From: Octopus vulgaris
Lineage: Eukaryota
DNA length: 64,000 bases
Reading direction: 5' to 3'
Assembly: GCA_951406725.2 (NCBI GenBank)
Contig: OX597824.1
Coordinates: 31,186,001 to 31,250,000, forward strand
The translations under genes and the position numbers were made by a program. Shown in pieces: positions 30,170 to 43,239 of this stretch (its first letter is position 1; every line of letters starts with the position of its first letter). The notes beneath the pieces were generated by a model that was not told where the DNA came from, searched no databases, and saw only the letters and a list, made by a program, of their open reading frames with translations.

Positions 30170-30845
30170 GAAATTTTCAGCAACCACACGCCAGAAGAAA
30201 TTGAAAAAATGAGTAATTTTATCTCCTAAAAATTCTGTCTTGCAATAAATGAAAAAGTTCTTAATATTATACCAAAGGCACTTAAAACGTACCTAAGTAC
30301 AGATTCAGTGTCCTGCAATAATGAAGAGGAGGTTCAGAACTATCCATTTGAATTTATAAACTCACTCACTCCATCCAGTATGCCTCTTCATTGTCTCAAC
30401 TTAAAAGTAGGGGCTATTGTAATGCTGCTAAGAAATCTTTCGATCAGTCAAGGATTATGTAATGGAATTTTCATGAAGGTGCAAAAACTTCATGAACATT
30501 GTGTAGAGGCATCATTGGAAACAGACTCCAACAGAGGTCGTACAGTTCTAATTCCCAGAATTAAACTTAGCCCAAGTGATGCAAATATTCCATTTACAAT
30601 AAACAGAGTTCAGTTTCTACTTCGATTTGCATATTCAATGACAATAAAGCTCAAGGGCAAACATTTGCAAAAGTTGGAATACATTTGCCTCAGCCGGTAT
30701 TTTCTCATGGCCAATTATATATCGCATTTTCAAGAGCATGAGCTATGAACAATATCAAAGTAAGAGATATGACACGCAATTGGGATAACAGACAAGGCCA
30801 AAAACGTGCTGTGACATACACACAAAATATTGTCTACTAAGAAGT
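30170..30845 (+). mobile_element. Helitron PIF1-helicase C-terminal fragment
   Basis: [39 protein letters not shown] and [14 protein letters not shown], across a frameshift. Confidence 0.9.
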
Positions 30846-31011
30846 AGTGTGAGGAAGACACCGCACCAGCTAGCATCACCACCACACCAGCCGCTCCATC
30901 ATTACACATTTAAGATCGGGGTCCCAGTTAGGGGTCCCACTGGATCTCTCTCAGCATACCAGCAAACCACAAAATCGCACCAGCCAGCACACCATCACCT
31001 CCAAGCCCGTC

Positions 31012-31255
31012 ATATGTATGTATGTATGTATGTATGTATGCGTGTGTGTGTTTGTGTCCGTGTTTGCCCCACCACCATCATTGCTTGACAACCGATGTTG
31101 GTGTGTTTGCGTCCCTGTAATTTAGCTGTTCAGCAGAAGAGACTGCTGGAATAAGCATCAGGCTTACAAGGAATAAATCCAGTGGTCAATTTCTTCGACT
31201 AAAGGGTGGTGCTCCAGCATGGCCACCGTCAAATGAGTGAAACAATTAAAAGAAT
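31012..31255 (+). mobile_element. SINE family A 3' part
   Basis: Match to the family A tail. Confidence 0.78.
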
Positions 31256-31499
31256 ACCAGAAACAAGTTCCGTACCACTAAACCACGAAAGTTCTTTGAA
31301 TATGAGCGATGTATTTTAAGGTTAAATAATAATTCCGTTCACGTTTGTGTAGCTGAGATATTTTGTTTTGTGTGGCTACGGTTAGAAAATTTTTGGTACT
31401 GGTTCTGCTCTGAGAATAAAATAAGAAATGTCGTTTGGTTCCCAAGCTCATGAAGTTTTGAATGAAAGTTAGAACCTTGTCGAGGAAGACACATTTCTC

Positions 31500-32041
31500 A
31501 AGGACCCCAATCAAGAAGGGCGTTGAAGATGAAGGATATACATATGGTCACAAGTTATTTAAAATATGTAATCCATCAATGATAAATTCAATATGAACAA
31601 TATCTAATCAAAATAAGATAAAATTAATAATAAATGCAAAAAAAATTCAATATTTGTTATTGACTAACCTTCCAGCGGATATCACCGTATCAACGTATGG
31701 TCATACAGCAGTAAATATGATTAAAAATTTATAGTCTGAAAATTATTTTGAAGAAACTTTTAAAATATTTTTCTCAAAAATAAGAATTAAACAAGGATTA
31801 ATTACTTAATTATAATTTCAGTCAATAAGCTGAAATAAAATGCATATTATTTTCGAATCGGCTTTCACATATTAAGAAGTGAATACATAGAAAACGTACG
31901 AATACTGTGTTCGGCGTTGAATCAAGCTACGGAATCGAGCGAACTTGTATTTAAAGCTTGCCGAATATTTCCGATTTTTGCCGAATGCCACGTTAGCAGC
32001 GGCGTGTTTCCAGTATTCCACGGATTGGAGAAGGGCGAACT
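31500..32041. promoter_or_regulatory. Probable bidirectional promoter and 5' UTRs of MRPL33 and TMED10
   Basis: Repeat-free, locally CpG-enriched segment between divergent genes. Candidate minus-strand donors AAG|GTTAGT (exon end 31669) and GTG|GTACGG (exon end 31276) for an MRPL33 non-coding first exon. Confidence 0.55.
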
Positions 32042-32224
32042 ATGGAGTTTTATTCGTATCTCTTTGCATTTCTGCTTATGTTACTTGTTCCAGATGTATA
32101 CAGCTTAATGTTTCATCTACCAGCAAACCAGAAAAAATGTCTTCGAGAAGAAATTCACAAGGATTTATTGGTAACTGGAGAATATGAGCTGTCAGATGCA
32201 CCCGGACAGAAAACAAATTTGGCA
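32042..32224 (+). CDS. TMED10: TMED10 (p24delta/TMP21) exon 1
   Basis: Signal peptide then [26 protein letters not shown] (start of GOLD domain). Donor gtaaga, phase 0. Confidence 0.95.
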
Positions 32225-33145
32225 GTAAGACATGTTTTCAATTTCTCTGCTAATTTTATTTCTTCAATAAAAACATATGAAATTATTTTCTATGTAATTT
32301 ATCATCTCGTAATATTCCTTTAACATTCCTTTAATATTTTAAAATACTATCTGGTTTATTTATCTATCGTCTTTTCTCATTCGCCTTCACTTGAGACACT
32401 TAAACTTAATTTACATTGATCTCCATGCTTTCTCTGATGTTCATCTTTAACATTATTTCCGACGACTCACTGCTTTATCCTTCTAACATTTTTTTTAGTT
32501 TTCTTTCGAGTTTTAAACTATATTCCTTTTTTTATTTTGAAATGTTAAGTTAATATTTTAGAAGTCTACAAATATATTTTTGTATCCAGTTACGTTAACA
32601 CCTCTGAATGTTCACAAAACAGGAAATCGTTTAATTATTGACAGTAGAAATATAGTAAAGTATCCGTATTTGGACATTTATAAAATGATTGTACTTGCTT
32701 AAAAGATCGACTTTAGTTGTGTTTTCTTTGTAAGTAACCAATATTTTATTTCGTCTCAGACATATTGACAACTACCTATAAAAATGATCAAACAATATCG
32801 AAACATATTCGGAGTTGTCGCCCGTACTTGCTAAACCCAGAGGAAAACACTATTTTCTTATCACTGTACTAGTATCATTTATTAATCTAATTTTTTTCCT
32901 CAATGCACAAAATGTCTTGGTACTAACTTAACTGTTATTCTTCGGGTGGATAGCATCTGCGAGTAATTTTTCATAGATAATTTCCACATTAAACATTGTT
33001 TTCCTTTATAAAATATTGCCCAAAAGTTCTTTTTGATATTGTTTTACTTCGTCTGTATAAAATAAATTTATCATTAACAATAGATTTGGAATTTTGAAAG
33101 CTACTCTTTCGATAAGTATCTTGTATCCAATAAAAATTTGAATAA

Positions 33146-33180
<35 letters not shown>

Positions 33181-33499
33181 GTAAAAATACTTTTTATTAA
33201 GTATATAGTAGAATCGGAAGAGTACCGGACCAAATTTATTGTGATATTTGATATTTAGTCATGTCTCATTAAATTCTGAGTTCTTTCCCCTAAGACATTC
33301 AGCTTGATTGCGTCCCCCGATCTTATGCCATAGTTAGAAATGTTATTTATGAATGGTAATCATTTTCAGTTTTAGTTGATATATTTGTGATAATTGCCTG
33401 GATGTGGACATTACAGAAGTCGATACCTAGTTGAAACTGTTTCAAATTTTGGGGAAAAAGTTATGAATGTTATGCTTCATAGAATATCTGATAGCATTC

Positions 33500-33705
33500 A
33501 GCTAACGCGGGAGTCTTTACGTGGTTCTCAATCTGCTAGAAATAGCAGCTAAATCTCTCATTAAACTCGACCGTCTATGAAAGGATATATTAGATTATGT
33601 GGATCTGGTTTCTCCGCACCGCACATAAAAAGAGGAGATGATCACAGCTGGAATGTGTGATTCATTGATCTATTCTATCAGGGTTGACGTGGGGCGAAAC
33701 AACCT
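33500..33705 (+). mobile_element. Old SINE/LINE tail; inverted relative at 46225-46385
   Basis: gctagaaatagcagctaaatctc...atcagggttgacgtggggcgaaacaac. Confidence 0.5.
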
Positions 33706-34599
33706 GCAATAACTTATGAAACCCTAATACTGTTTTTTAGAAATCAATATTAACACGTCACTAATTGACTTCTAGTAGGTTGCATTAACTTGATATAGTC
33801 CTGAGTCAGACAGTCAGAAGGTAAAAAGTAAAAGTTATTCTTCAGAATTATTTTGTATTTCTGTCAGTTTCCTAGGGTTTTTTTTTTTTTTTTTTTTTTT
33901 TGTAATTTTGTCAGAGCTTTGAAATACAACGGGAGATAACTATTATGTTTATTTCATATTAACCCACCCCCATAAACACTCATATGACAGTTTTCATAAA
34001 CTGCTTTTACTTTAGATTCATTTCTTGTGAAAATATTAAAAACTTATTGAGTCCCATTTCTCGTAAATTTATTAATGCTCACCTTTTAAATAACGATTCA
34101 AAATGCCCTAATACACAAAGTCTTTTAGCATAGCGAATAAGATAATCCTGACAGGTGTGTAAAACGTGCTTTTTGCTGACGTGGACACTTATATAAAGCA
34201 ACAGCTGATGTTTCCGTTTCATAACGTTGGTGAGAATACGTTCAGTGTCGACCACCGATAAGATGCTTCTAGTTTTCTTTTTCTGACATAGGTGCGTTAA
34301 ATTCTTCTTGAACAAACAAAATTGATCTTGAAATCGGGAGACATTTATTACTAGCGACTGTATATATGTATATAAAATGAAGTAATTTTTTTGTACAACG
34401 TTAAATTGCAAGTATAAATACTTCGTCGTATTTAGTGCCATCCGTGTACATTGAGTTGGGATATCATGAGTTCAAAATGATTTAAGCACAATAGAGAAAT
34501 AGCTATAGTTTTTCATACAATTATTCACCAACTGGGGCAGGACCGAATGTTTGATGTACAGCCAGAGCAGCAATCCTTAAAATATGTTTATGAATTCAC

Positions 34600-35106
34600 A
34601 TAACTTGGAAGTAAAATTGCAGTCCGAATCAGCAAAGTCCAAGCAGCTTTAAATTATCAATGCTCTGGAAACCTAAGCTTCCATTAAATTTGAAACGTAA
34701 TTTCTTTCAGGCAGTTATGCAGTCAGTTTTGTTATATGGATGTGTAACATCTACTCTAACAAAGGGTCTTGAAAAGAAAACCGAAACTTATAGAAGAATG
34801 CTTCGATCTGCTCTTGACATCTGGCAACAACTGGTGATACTACCAGTATCACACATCATCAGAGAAAGAACAAGATTTGCTAGACATTGCTGGAGAGCAA
34901 AAGACGAGATCATCTGCAACGTTCTTTTTGAGGAGCTGAAGTATAATTACACATGTTGGTAGACTACATCGAATCTACATAAAACAACTATGTGAAAACT
35001 CCGAGTGCACCCAAGAAGACCTACCATGTGCAACGGCGGACAGAGCAGACTGGAAAGAATAAGTCATGGTAATCCATGCAATAAGCACTGCCGGATGATG
35101 ATGATA
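34600..35106 (+). mobile_element. RTE-group LINE 3' fragment
   Basis: FFQAVMQSVLLYGC...YRRMLRSAL...RFARHCWR, ending in (GAT)n. Confidence 0.8.
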
Positions 35107-35214
35107 AATCAGCAATTTAGATATATAAAATGAATGAAGCTCTTCTAATGCAGATTCAAGAGGGCTATGGAAAGCATGAGTAGGGAGTGGGGAGTCCCGT
35201 CCAAATACTTGCAA

Positions 35215-35475
35215 TAGAGTTAACTCAGATCTTGTTAAATTTTTTCCAGTCGCATGATGTATTTTAAATTTTCACCAGATTTTTTCAAAATTTTCTACAT
35301 CAAATTTTCAAAATTTTCTGATAACAAAAATTACATTTTCTTTTTCTTGAACTTAATGCAATTTTCATCATCAGTGCACAAAACTACGTTTTTTTTTTTT
35401 TTTTTTAAATAATCTTGTGTAAATTTGAAATACTTTGTGTGATTGGAAGAAATTTAACAAGATCTGTAAACTCTA
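35215..35475. mobile_element. MITE with about 65-bp imperfect TIRs
   Basis: tagagttaactcagatcttgttaaatt / aatttaacaagatctgtaaactcta, with gcaa on both flanks. Superfamily unclear. Confidence 0.7.
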
Positions 35476-36240
35476 GCAAAGACATCCCTCCCCACAAGTA
35501 CACATAGTGTTATTTAACTGGGCAGTTTTAAGCCTACAACCTAAGGTGATAAAACAATCAGGTTCGATAATTACTAGAGTTAATGAATAAATACATTGAC
35601 AGCCATCTCCATATGTATTTCATTTTACCTCATCTTCCTATCACTCACCAATCTCCTGTGTACTGCATTATTCCATTGTTGTAATTAATGAATGCAGAAA
35701 CCATTATTAGATATATCAACATCCTTTCTGTACTGCCAGTTATCACTCCTCTCCCTTGACCACCTCCTAATGACACTCATTCTTATCAACACCATAGCCA
35801 TCCAACTCCTGTACACCATTCTCTACTTTCTATTCCTGTTTATGTTTGACTACCTCCATGCTTATTTCAATCTATCACTCACTCTCTTACACTCTTTACC
35901 TACCCTTGATTCTTTTGTCACTACTTTTAACTCTTCATCTTCTAGGACATATTACCTTGATGGTACTCTCTGGCTCTTCATCACCATCTTTATTTTACTC
36001 CGTCCACCACTAGTCATCCATATATAATATTGAGTATCCCTGAATCTCTTCCTACTCAACCCACTTAACTCTTGATACTATTTCCCTCCTATTTACTCTT
36101 TTCCCAATATTGTTTCTACTAATCATTCCACTAACACTCTCTTAGTTATGGGAACTCTTTTGTCTTGCAAGTAAGACATGTTCCTCTGGCCTGTGGATCT
36201 TGTTGAACTGCCCAACCCATGTCAATGCGAAAAGCAAGCA

Positions 36241-36441
36241 TTAACTCTTTAGCATTTAAACTAGCCATTTCTAACCTAAATATTCTTCCAGTTTTGTCTT
36301 CAAACCAAATCCAGGCTCTCACATCTCATCTAAAATTAAACAATCACATCACTGAAATCTTGAGGCTATGAGATAATGCTGCATGATTAATTGAAAACAA
36401 TATGAATAAATAAGTACTACATTTGACAGAGTAAGGGTTAA
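36241..36441. mobile_element. piggyBac-like MITE
   Basis: ttaa-ctctttagcatt ... aaggg-ttaa. Confidence 0.7.
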
Positions 36442-38374
36442 ATTATGATGATTTCATTGTGCAGGGAAATTTGGCCCTGAGGGGTTTTTTTGCAGCATGG
36501 GATAAAAATCAAATTGATTGGTTTTCTTCTTATTTAACAGTTTATCAGTGAGACTGTTTATTGATATGAGTACATTTTTATTCATAACCCATACTGTATT
36601 GTTGTGCTGTCAACTTTGTACCATTAAGCAAATGACTAGATCTAGAATAATTTTTTTTCATTTTTAGTAAGCAGCCATCACTAAATTTTTGGTGAGGTTA
36701 TATCCTGTTATAGTAACCCAAAATTTAAATGAGGATGCTCAACAAATTAACATATCCATTTAACTATCAAATTCAATTGCTACTTTGTGGTTAAATCTCA
36801 AGGGGCCACTGCTTACTTTGTTTTCTGTTATAAAGAGAATAAAGGATAAATCTTCACTGGATATGATGCTGATTTATAACAAATTTCTGATAATCTAATT
36901 CCTAATCTCCTTGAAAGCTGAGGTAATGTATAATAAAGTGTTCACTCATCATACTATTATACCTTTGCTATAGTTGCGAATGGAGCATAGAACCTGCTAG
37001 AACATATAACTCACTTTCTCTGTCTCTATTGCTCTTTTTAAAATGGTTCCTGCTCCTTAATTGACACGCTATGAAGCAAACACACCTGATGCACTTGTTT
37101 CTCTTTATTTTGGTGTCAATATAGTATCTCATCCTGCAACCTACATCTTAAATCCTGCCATCTTGTAACTGAAACTCTCTCTAATGTTCACATTTATAAT
37201 CTCAATATCAACATTCTGAAGTTCAGCCTCAACTTCAATAGCATCGATCTCTAACCATCAAGGGTCTCTGTCAGTTAATTTGAACTAGGGCTTAAATAGT
37301 TGTTTCCTCTACCCAAAATATGTTGATGGAAAGTCAGTACTGAACTAAAAACATAAATGTTGTTGAGACTTGATTCATTTATGTTCATTTTCCTTCCTTA
37401 TTTCCACTTAACCTGGTCATAATGGCTTAAATACCTTCCAGAGATTTTTTTTTTTGTTGCCAGTCCAGTTAATGTTATCTTTCCTTGTGATGTTTGTAGA
37501 CTTTCACTTTCCCAATTTCACTTAATTTGTGAAATGCTTTTCCTATTTTTATAGGAAAGTATTTGTAAGAATTTATAGTTGACTTTGTCATGGCATTACA
37601 TCTTTAGTTGGATCTCTTGGCTTGGCTGCCAGCTGGTTGCAGATATTTTGAAATGTCTTACATATAGAAACATGGCAAAATATCTACCATAATAATTAAA
37701 ACCAGATGATTTTATCCTTAACTATGTTAAGGATTGTCATATTTTTAGTTTAAAGAATAACAATGTTAATGAAATTCTTCAGATAGTATTAATGTGTAGA
37801 ATTGTTGCTGCCTTTGAGAGTTGTTGGAACTACCATGCTGCTTTGAAAGTCCATGCAGCATGTATGCAATAATTGTTCCCTTCCTTTTTTTTTTCTTTTT
37901 CTTTTATTCGTTTGCTTTCTAACTTAAATTAGGAAATATCTTGAGCATCAATGAGATGGGGTTAGGTATTAAAAAAATCATCAAACAAGCTGACTAAAAC
38001 ATTGACTAAAACATAGCTAGTAAGAGTTGCACTGACAAGGGTTTATAGAGCAGATTACGTATCTGACCATATTATAAACTTTTTTCCATGTCTCTCACTT
38101 CTGTAAGAAATTGGCTTTGAAGAAGGAATTAAGTGATTAGTGGAACTTATTTAAAACTGTAATGGTCTATATAAAGTCTGTACCAACATATAACCCTTGA
38201 CAATTGATTTTTATGATGTAAATAATTATGATGACAATTGATTCTTATGATGTATATACATTGAAGGATATCTTTCAATTTATACGATAAACTTAATAAA
38301 TTTTAAAATTTAGAGATATTGACATGAGTTATTCAAATAATTGTTCATGGAATGGACCTAATAAGATTAGCTGG

Positions 38375-38720
38375 AGTACACTCGATACTTCATATTTAAA
38401 TCCGATGTGACTATTTCTACTTGGATAGGGATTAGAAAATGCTATATCTTGATAAACTTCCAATACATATTATGGATATTTTTGAAACAACTTGCCTTAT
38501 TAACACTTATATTTCACATTTAAATCCGATGTGAATACTTGTTCTTGGATATGGATTGAAAAATATTATATGCTGATAACTTACATTACCTATTTTTAAT
38601 ATTCTTGGAGCAACTCAACTTATTAACACTGGATATTTCTATTTTAAATCAGATGTGAGTAATTATACTTGGATTGAGATTTAAAAATATTGTATGGTGA
38701 TAAGTAACATTACATCCTAG
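38375..38720 (+). repeat. Tandem repeat of about 125 bp, three diverged units (probably Helitron-internal)
   Basis: tttaaatc(c/a)gatgtga...cttggat recurs near 38397, 38520 and 38644. Confidence 0.85.
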
Positions 38721-39099
38721 CTGACAGTGGAGGGGGTGATTCCTCCCATCCCAGAGATGGGAGGCCTTTCTATACCTTTCCCAATTATACCACTGGGTAA
38801 AGGGGGAGGGTTAAGAAAACTCTCCCCCACCCGTCTAACCATCCCTCTTAACCTTCCTATTAATCACCCTCCATGGTATTCTTTCATTACCTCAAGAGCA
38901 GAAATTGAAAGGGAGGACATTTGCTTTGAAGTGAGAGGAGAAAGTGAAAGATGGACATGTGTGTGTAAGTTGCCTTCCAAAGAGTAAAGAAATAAAAAAA
39001 TTTTACAGAAATTCACGAAAAATCATATGATCCCATATGATCGAGTTTGACAACTATCCTGTTTGTAATGAAAGAATACTCCCTCCATGAAGGTTTAAA

Positions 39100-40171
39100 G
39101 GTCATACATGTACATATTAGACATTGGAAAGGGTTACAAGTGATGTCATGCACCCTACAAAAGCCAAGCTAACTTCATTTCTCTTGCACAAGAGAGGGTG
39201 GCATGTTCTCTTTTTCAATATTTGATTACAAGATAGAATATGTTGTTACCAAAAGCGTTAAAACTTTACTAACTTCATCGAACTGTCTCTGAAGCAGGAT
39301 TTTAATTTCATTTGATACACATTTTGCTATCATGTATATGGAGAATTGCAACAGCAATACAAGCTACCCTGTGGTGAGATGGTACCAACTGTCAATGATC
39401 TCAAAATGCATGTGTTTCCAAACATTGCACAAAACTCTAGCAACAATGGCTATGTGAGCGAGCCATCTTAGCTCCACATTATGTCAACAAAATCAACTGG
39501 GATCTCTTGCAGCTGTTGCCAGGACAAGAACAGTATTTCAAATCCATCGACACTGTCATTCACCAGGACCAAGCTGTTGTTTTTTACAACTGAGTTCCTG
39601 AACACTCTACAGCCGTCTGGGATGCCATTGCACAACACTTAAAAAGGGGGCCCTTTGCATCCACCTTGCCTGTGCAATGGCACCAGACTGATGGTGAAAG
39701 TGATGCAACCTCATGTCCTAGAAGCAGCAATAATCAGTGGGAAATATAAGGGTGAGGATGTCTTCATTCCATGGATCCCGTTAATCTCATCTGACCCCCC
39801 CCTTTTCAATTTAAATGGCTCCAGTTCCCAGTGAAACTAAGTTTTGCTATGTCGATAAACAAATCTCAAGGACAATCTCTCAAGGTTGTTAGACTTAACT
39901 CCTAGACACTTATGTTTAGGATTTTCACAAATTGAAAGTCCCAAAACTCTTTTTATTTGTACCCCCAATTAAAGGACACATTGAAAACATTGTATATTTA
40001 GAAGTTCTACAAAATTAAATTGTGATTGATTTCCAGATTTGTTTTAATGACTGTTTATACTCATGTCATCTGATAGAATTTTTCTGAAAATATATTTTTT
40101 TATCAGAATAATTATATTTATTTCCTTTCACATTCTTTAAACTTCTGAGCAACGCTTGGTACTTAGGCTAG
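39100..40171 (+). mobile_element. Degenerate Helitron 3' portion in TMED10 intron 1
   Basis: LCNGTRLMVK and QFPVKLSFAMSINKSQGQSL. Subterminal hairpin ctgagcaacgcttgg, then CTAG|T at 40168-40172. Confidence 0.88.
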
Positions 40172-40429
40172 TATTTTATAAGTTGTTGCTCTTTCTTATT
40201 ATAAACAAAACTTTTATCACAATAGACAGCTTTGACAAAAGAGATAAAAACATAAATGTTAAATGTTTAGATAATGGCTGAATTACTTTATCATTATCCA
40301 AATATATTGCCCACTTGGTATGAGCTGCATGTTTTATCTGCATCATAATTATACATGTATGATAACCAACTCTTATATTTTTCCAGTATTGTTTGTAAAT
40401 ATAATATGATTCATATTTATATTTTTAAG

Positions 40430-40550
40430 GTTACAGATTCAAAAGGACATATATTATATTCTAAACAAGATGCAAAAAAAGGAAAATTTGCTTTCACAAC
40501 AGAAGAATATGATGTATTTGAAATTTGCTTTGATAATAAAATGATAGGAG
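40430..40550 (+). CDS. TMED10: TMED10 exon 2
   Basis: tttttaag| [40 protein letters not shown] |gtaagt. Confidence 0.96.
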
Positions 40551-41299
40551 GTAAGTACTTAGAAACTTGTGTATTTTTAATATTTCATTTTGTTAAGCAT
40601 TACATAATGAAATATACTCTTAGAAATGACTATGCATATGTCTCTCTTTGTTTGAGTTTGTTTTACTTTGTTGCTAGTTAGCTTTCCATTCTATGAAACA
40701 TCAGGTATATATTATAAAATTTGACTTAGCAATAAGCACATTACATACTTCTTGCTATCTATTCGGTGGTCAAAAGTACCGAGAATAACCAAAGTTAGTT
40801 ATAGGTGTATGACTAGTGGCACTAATCTGATTGAGAGAAATACTCCAGGTGATAATTCTAAACCAGTATCTGAATAGAACAACTTGATGTTCTGCTTATT
40901 AAACTGTAAATCATTTTATAAAGAGACTAGTGTATTAAAGCAATATAAGAATGGTATTAACAAAAAATACATTAGACACAAAATAATTCAACAAAGCAGA
41001 TACACACAGTATACCACTTCTTCCAGAACAGAACCAAAATAAACACTGTATTAGTAGCCACATTACTATTTCTCGGCTGGAATCCAAATGAAAATAATTT
41101 TTTTTTATACAAGCTGCAATATTGTCGATACCACTATTCTTCATGATTGAATCAAGAGATCTTCTTCATCTGATGGAAAAATTTAGTGTTTGCTTGCATC
41201 CTTTGATTATTATTTAAAAACAGGAACAAAGCCAAAAAGAAAATGTAGTCAATAAATTTAGTACCTCTTGAAGAATCTTTTCCAGCTTCGAACTAAATC

Positions 41300-42293
41300 C
41301 TGGATTGAGTCATAAGTAATTTCCATTTTTTTGGAAGTAAATTGTAATGGTGTATTTCAAATTTTTTCCTATTTCAGAGCATTTTGTAGAAAGAAAAAAG
41401 ATGGGAATCAGTTAGCCTCATCTGTTATTCATATCTAAGCACTGAAAGTGTGCACATCGTAGTTTAATATTAAATTTCACTCACCTAAGATGGGTGAATT
41501 GAAAGGGCATACTCAACATATGATGTTAGAGTTTAAAATGGAAAAAAAAAATACTACAGAAGCAGCTAAGAAAATATGCAGTTTTATAACAAAAGTGTCA
41601 TGAGTGGCTAGCAAGTGCAAAATTGGTTTTCAAAGTTTTGTTCTGAAGATATGTCATTGAGAGATCAACTCAGACGAGGGTGCTGATCATACTTCAAGCA
41701 AGAGCTTTAAGACAATTAGTGATAGTCAAGACAATGTTCAACACAAAAGGCAGTGGATCAACAAGGATAAAGCTCCACAACCTATCAAAGGCTGAGCTCA
41801 AAAGAATGAAGGTTATGTTGTGTGTATGATGGGATTACCATAGTATTATTCATTTTAAGTTTTTAAACTGCAATCAAACACTAAATGCCAAATAAAGATC
41901 TTTTTAAAAAACACCTTGCACTCATGAATAGAAGAAACATTGTACTTTTCCATGATAATGCAAGACCACATTCAACAAGAATTATGCAGGATAAAATATT
42001 GATTTTGGGGCTGGTCTGCTCTAACCCATTCACCATATTCACCAGACCTTGCACCAACTATTTCTATCATTTTTTTTTTTCTCTCTACAAAATGCTCTGA
42101 TGAGGAAAAATTTTTCTCATGAAGATCAGATAAAACCATATGTGGAAAGCTTTTTCATGTTGAAGCCAGCAGAATTTTACTCAAGTGAATCAAAATGGCA
42201 ACTACACTGATAACTGAAAGTAATTCTCTGTAAAATTGTTTCATGAGTAAAGGCTTTTAACACAATTGGAAATTGTTTATGACTCAACCCAAT
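41300..42293 (+). mobile_element. Old mariner with deletions
   Basis: TIRs ttgagtcataagtaatttcca / tggaaattgtttatgactcaa. Motifs IVLFHDNARPH and PYSPDLAP. Confidence 0.88.
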
Positions 42294-42376
42294 AGCTCTC
42301 CAATATACCCAAGCTAACAGTTGTAGTAGCAGCAGATATTGTGTTGTGCCAATGCAACACTGGCTACATACACATC

Positions 42377-42755
42377 ATGGCACTCTGTCGGTTACGACGA
42401 CGTGGGTTCCAGTTGATCCAATCAACGGAACAGCCTGTTCTTGAAATTAACGTGCAAGTGACTGAGCATTCCACAGACACACATACCCTTAATGTAGTTC
42501 TCAGGGAGATTCAGCATGACACAGAATGCGTCAAGGCTGGCCCTTGGAAATAGAGTTTCAACAGAAACAGGAAGAAAGAGTAAGAGAAAGTTGTGGTGAA
42601 AGTGTGCAGCTTGGTTTGCCACCACCCCCTGCCAGAGCCTCGTGGAGTTTAGGTGTTTTCATTCAATAAACACTCACAAAACTTAGCCTGGGAATTGAAA
42701 TGGCGATTCTACGACTGCGAGTCCACTGCCCTAACCACTGGGCCATTGCGCCTCC
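42377..42755 (-). mobile_element. Full-length tRNA-derived SINE, family B
   Basis: Minus-strand head ggcgcaatggcccagtggttagggcagtggactc. Tail shared with 9723-10036. Confidence 0.88.
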
Positions 42756-42908
42756 ACACATATATAGCTAGTGTTGCTTTGTGACTGACAAGGAGCCAAA
42801 AGAACAGCAATAGCACTTTGAATATTTATAATAAAAGTATATTAGAAATCAATTTTTTACCTGTTTGTACATCTGCATCTGGATTTGTGTGCATCTTAAT
42901 GGGATTAA

Positions 42909-43124
42909 TCCTTTAGCAATTAAACTAGCCATATCCATCCCACATATTCTACCTATTTTATGTTCAAACTAGTCAGATCTGGCCTTTCACACCTACTCTA
43001 CAATATCATTCTAAAAATAATCACATTATCTAAATCTCAAAGCTACAAAATAATGCCTGATTAATTCTGAACAATATAAATGAATAAGCTTTCCATTTGT
43101 TAGAGTAGTCTGGGTGTTAAAGGG
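42909..43124. mobile_element. piggyBac-like MITE
   Basis: TTAA at 42905-42908 and 43125-43128. Termini (t)cctttagca / tgttaaaggg. Confidence 0.78.
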
Positions 43125-43168
43125 TTAAATGTAATCCCATTTTATTTTTTCTTTCGTAATTGTTTCAG

Positions 43169-43239
43169 GTGGTCATGGTGCTGATCGGGAAGTTTCTTTG
43201 ATAATGAAGCATGGCATTGAAGCTAGAAGCTATGATGAG
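43169..43239 (+). CDS. TMED10: TMED10 exon 3
   Basis: tgtttcag| (G)GHGADREVSLIMKHGIEARSYDE |gtacag. Phases 1 and 0 fit neighbours. Confidence 0.93.

Noticed and set aside
30308-30748. Possible host PIF1 helicase gene
   Set aside because: Intronless, frameshifted fragment of Helitron type, with a second decayed copy at 39.1-40.2 kb.
31276-31514. Minus-strand ORFs, one with an in-frame TGA suggesting a selenoprotein
   Set aside because: No redox motif, no homology and no SECIS seen. More likely UTR or intron.
35692-36027. 111-aa hydrophobic ORF
   Set aside because: Product of CT-rich low-complexity intronic sequence with no homology or splice support.
42095-42125. Other CTGANGA motifs (2573, 42097, 45692, 47195, 50157, 59842) as hammerheads
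   Set aside because: No stem II followed by GAAA and no closing stem I.
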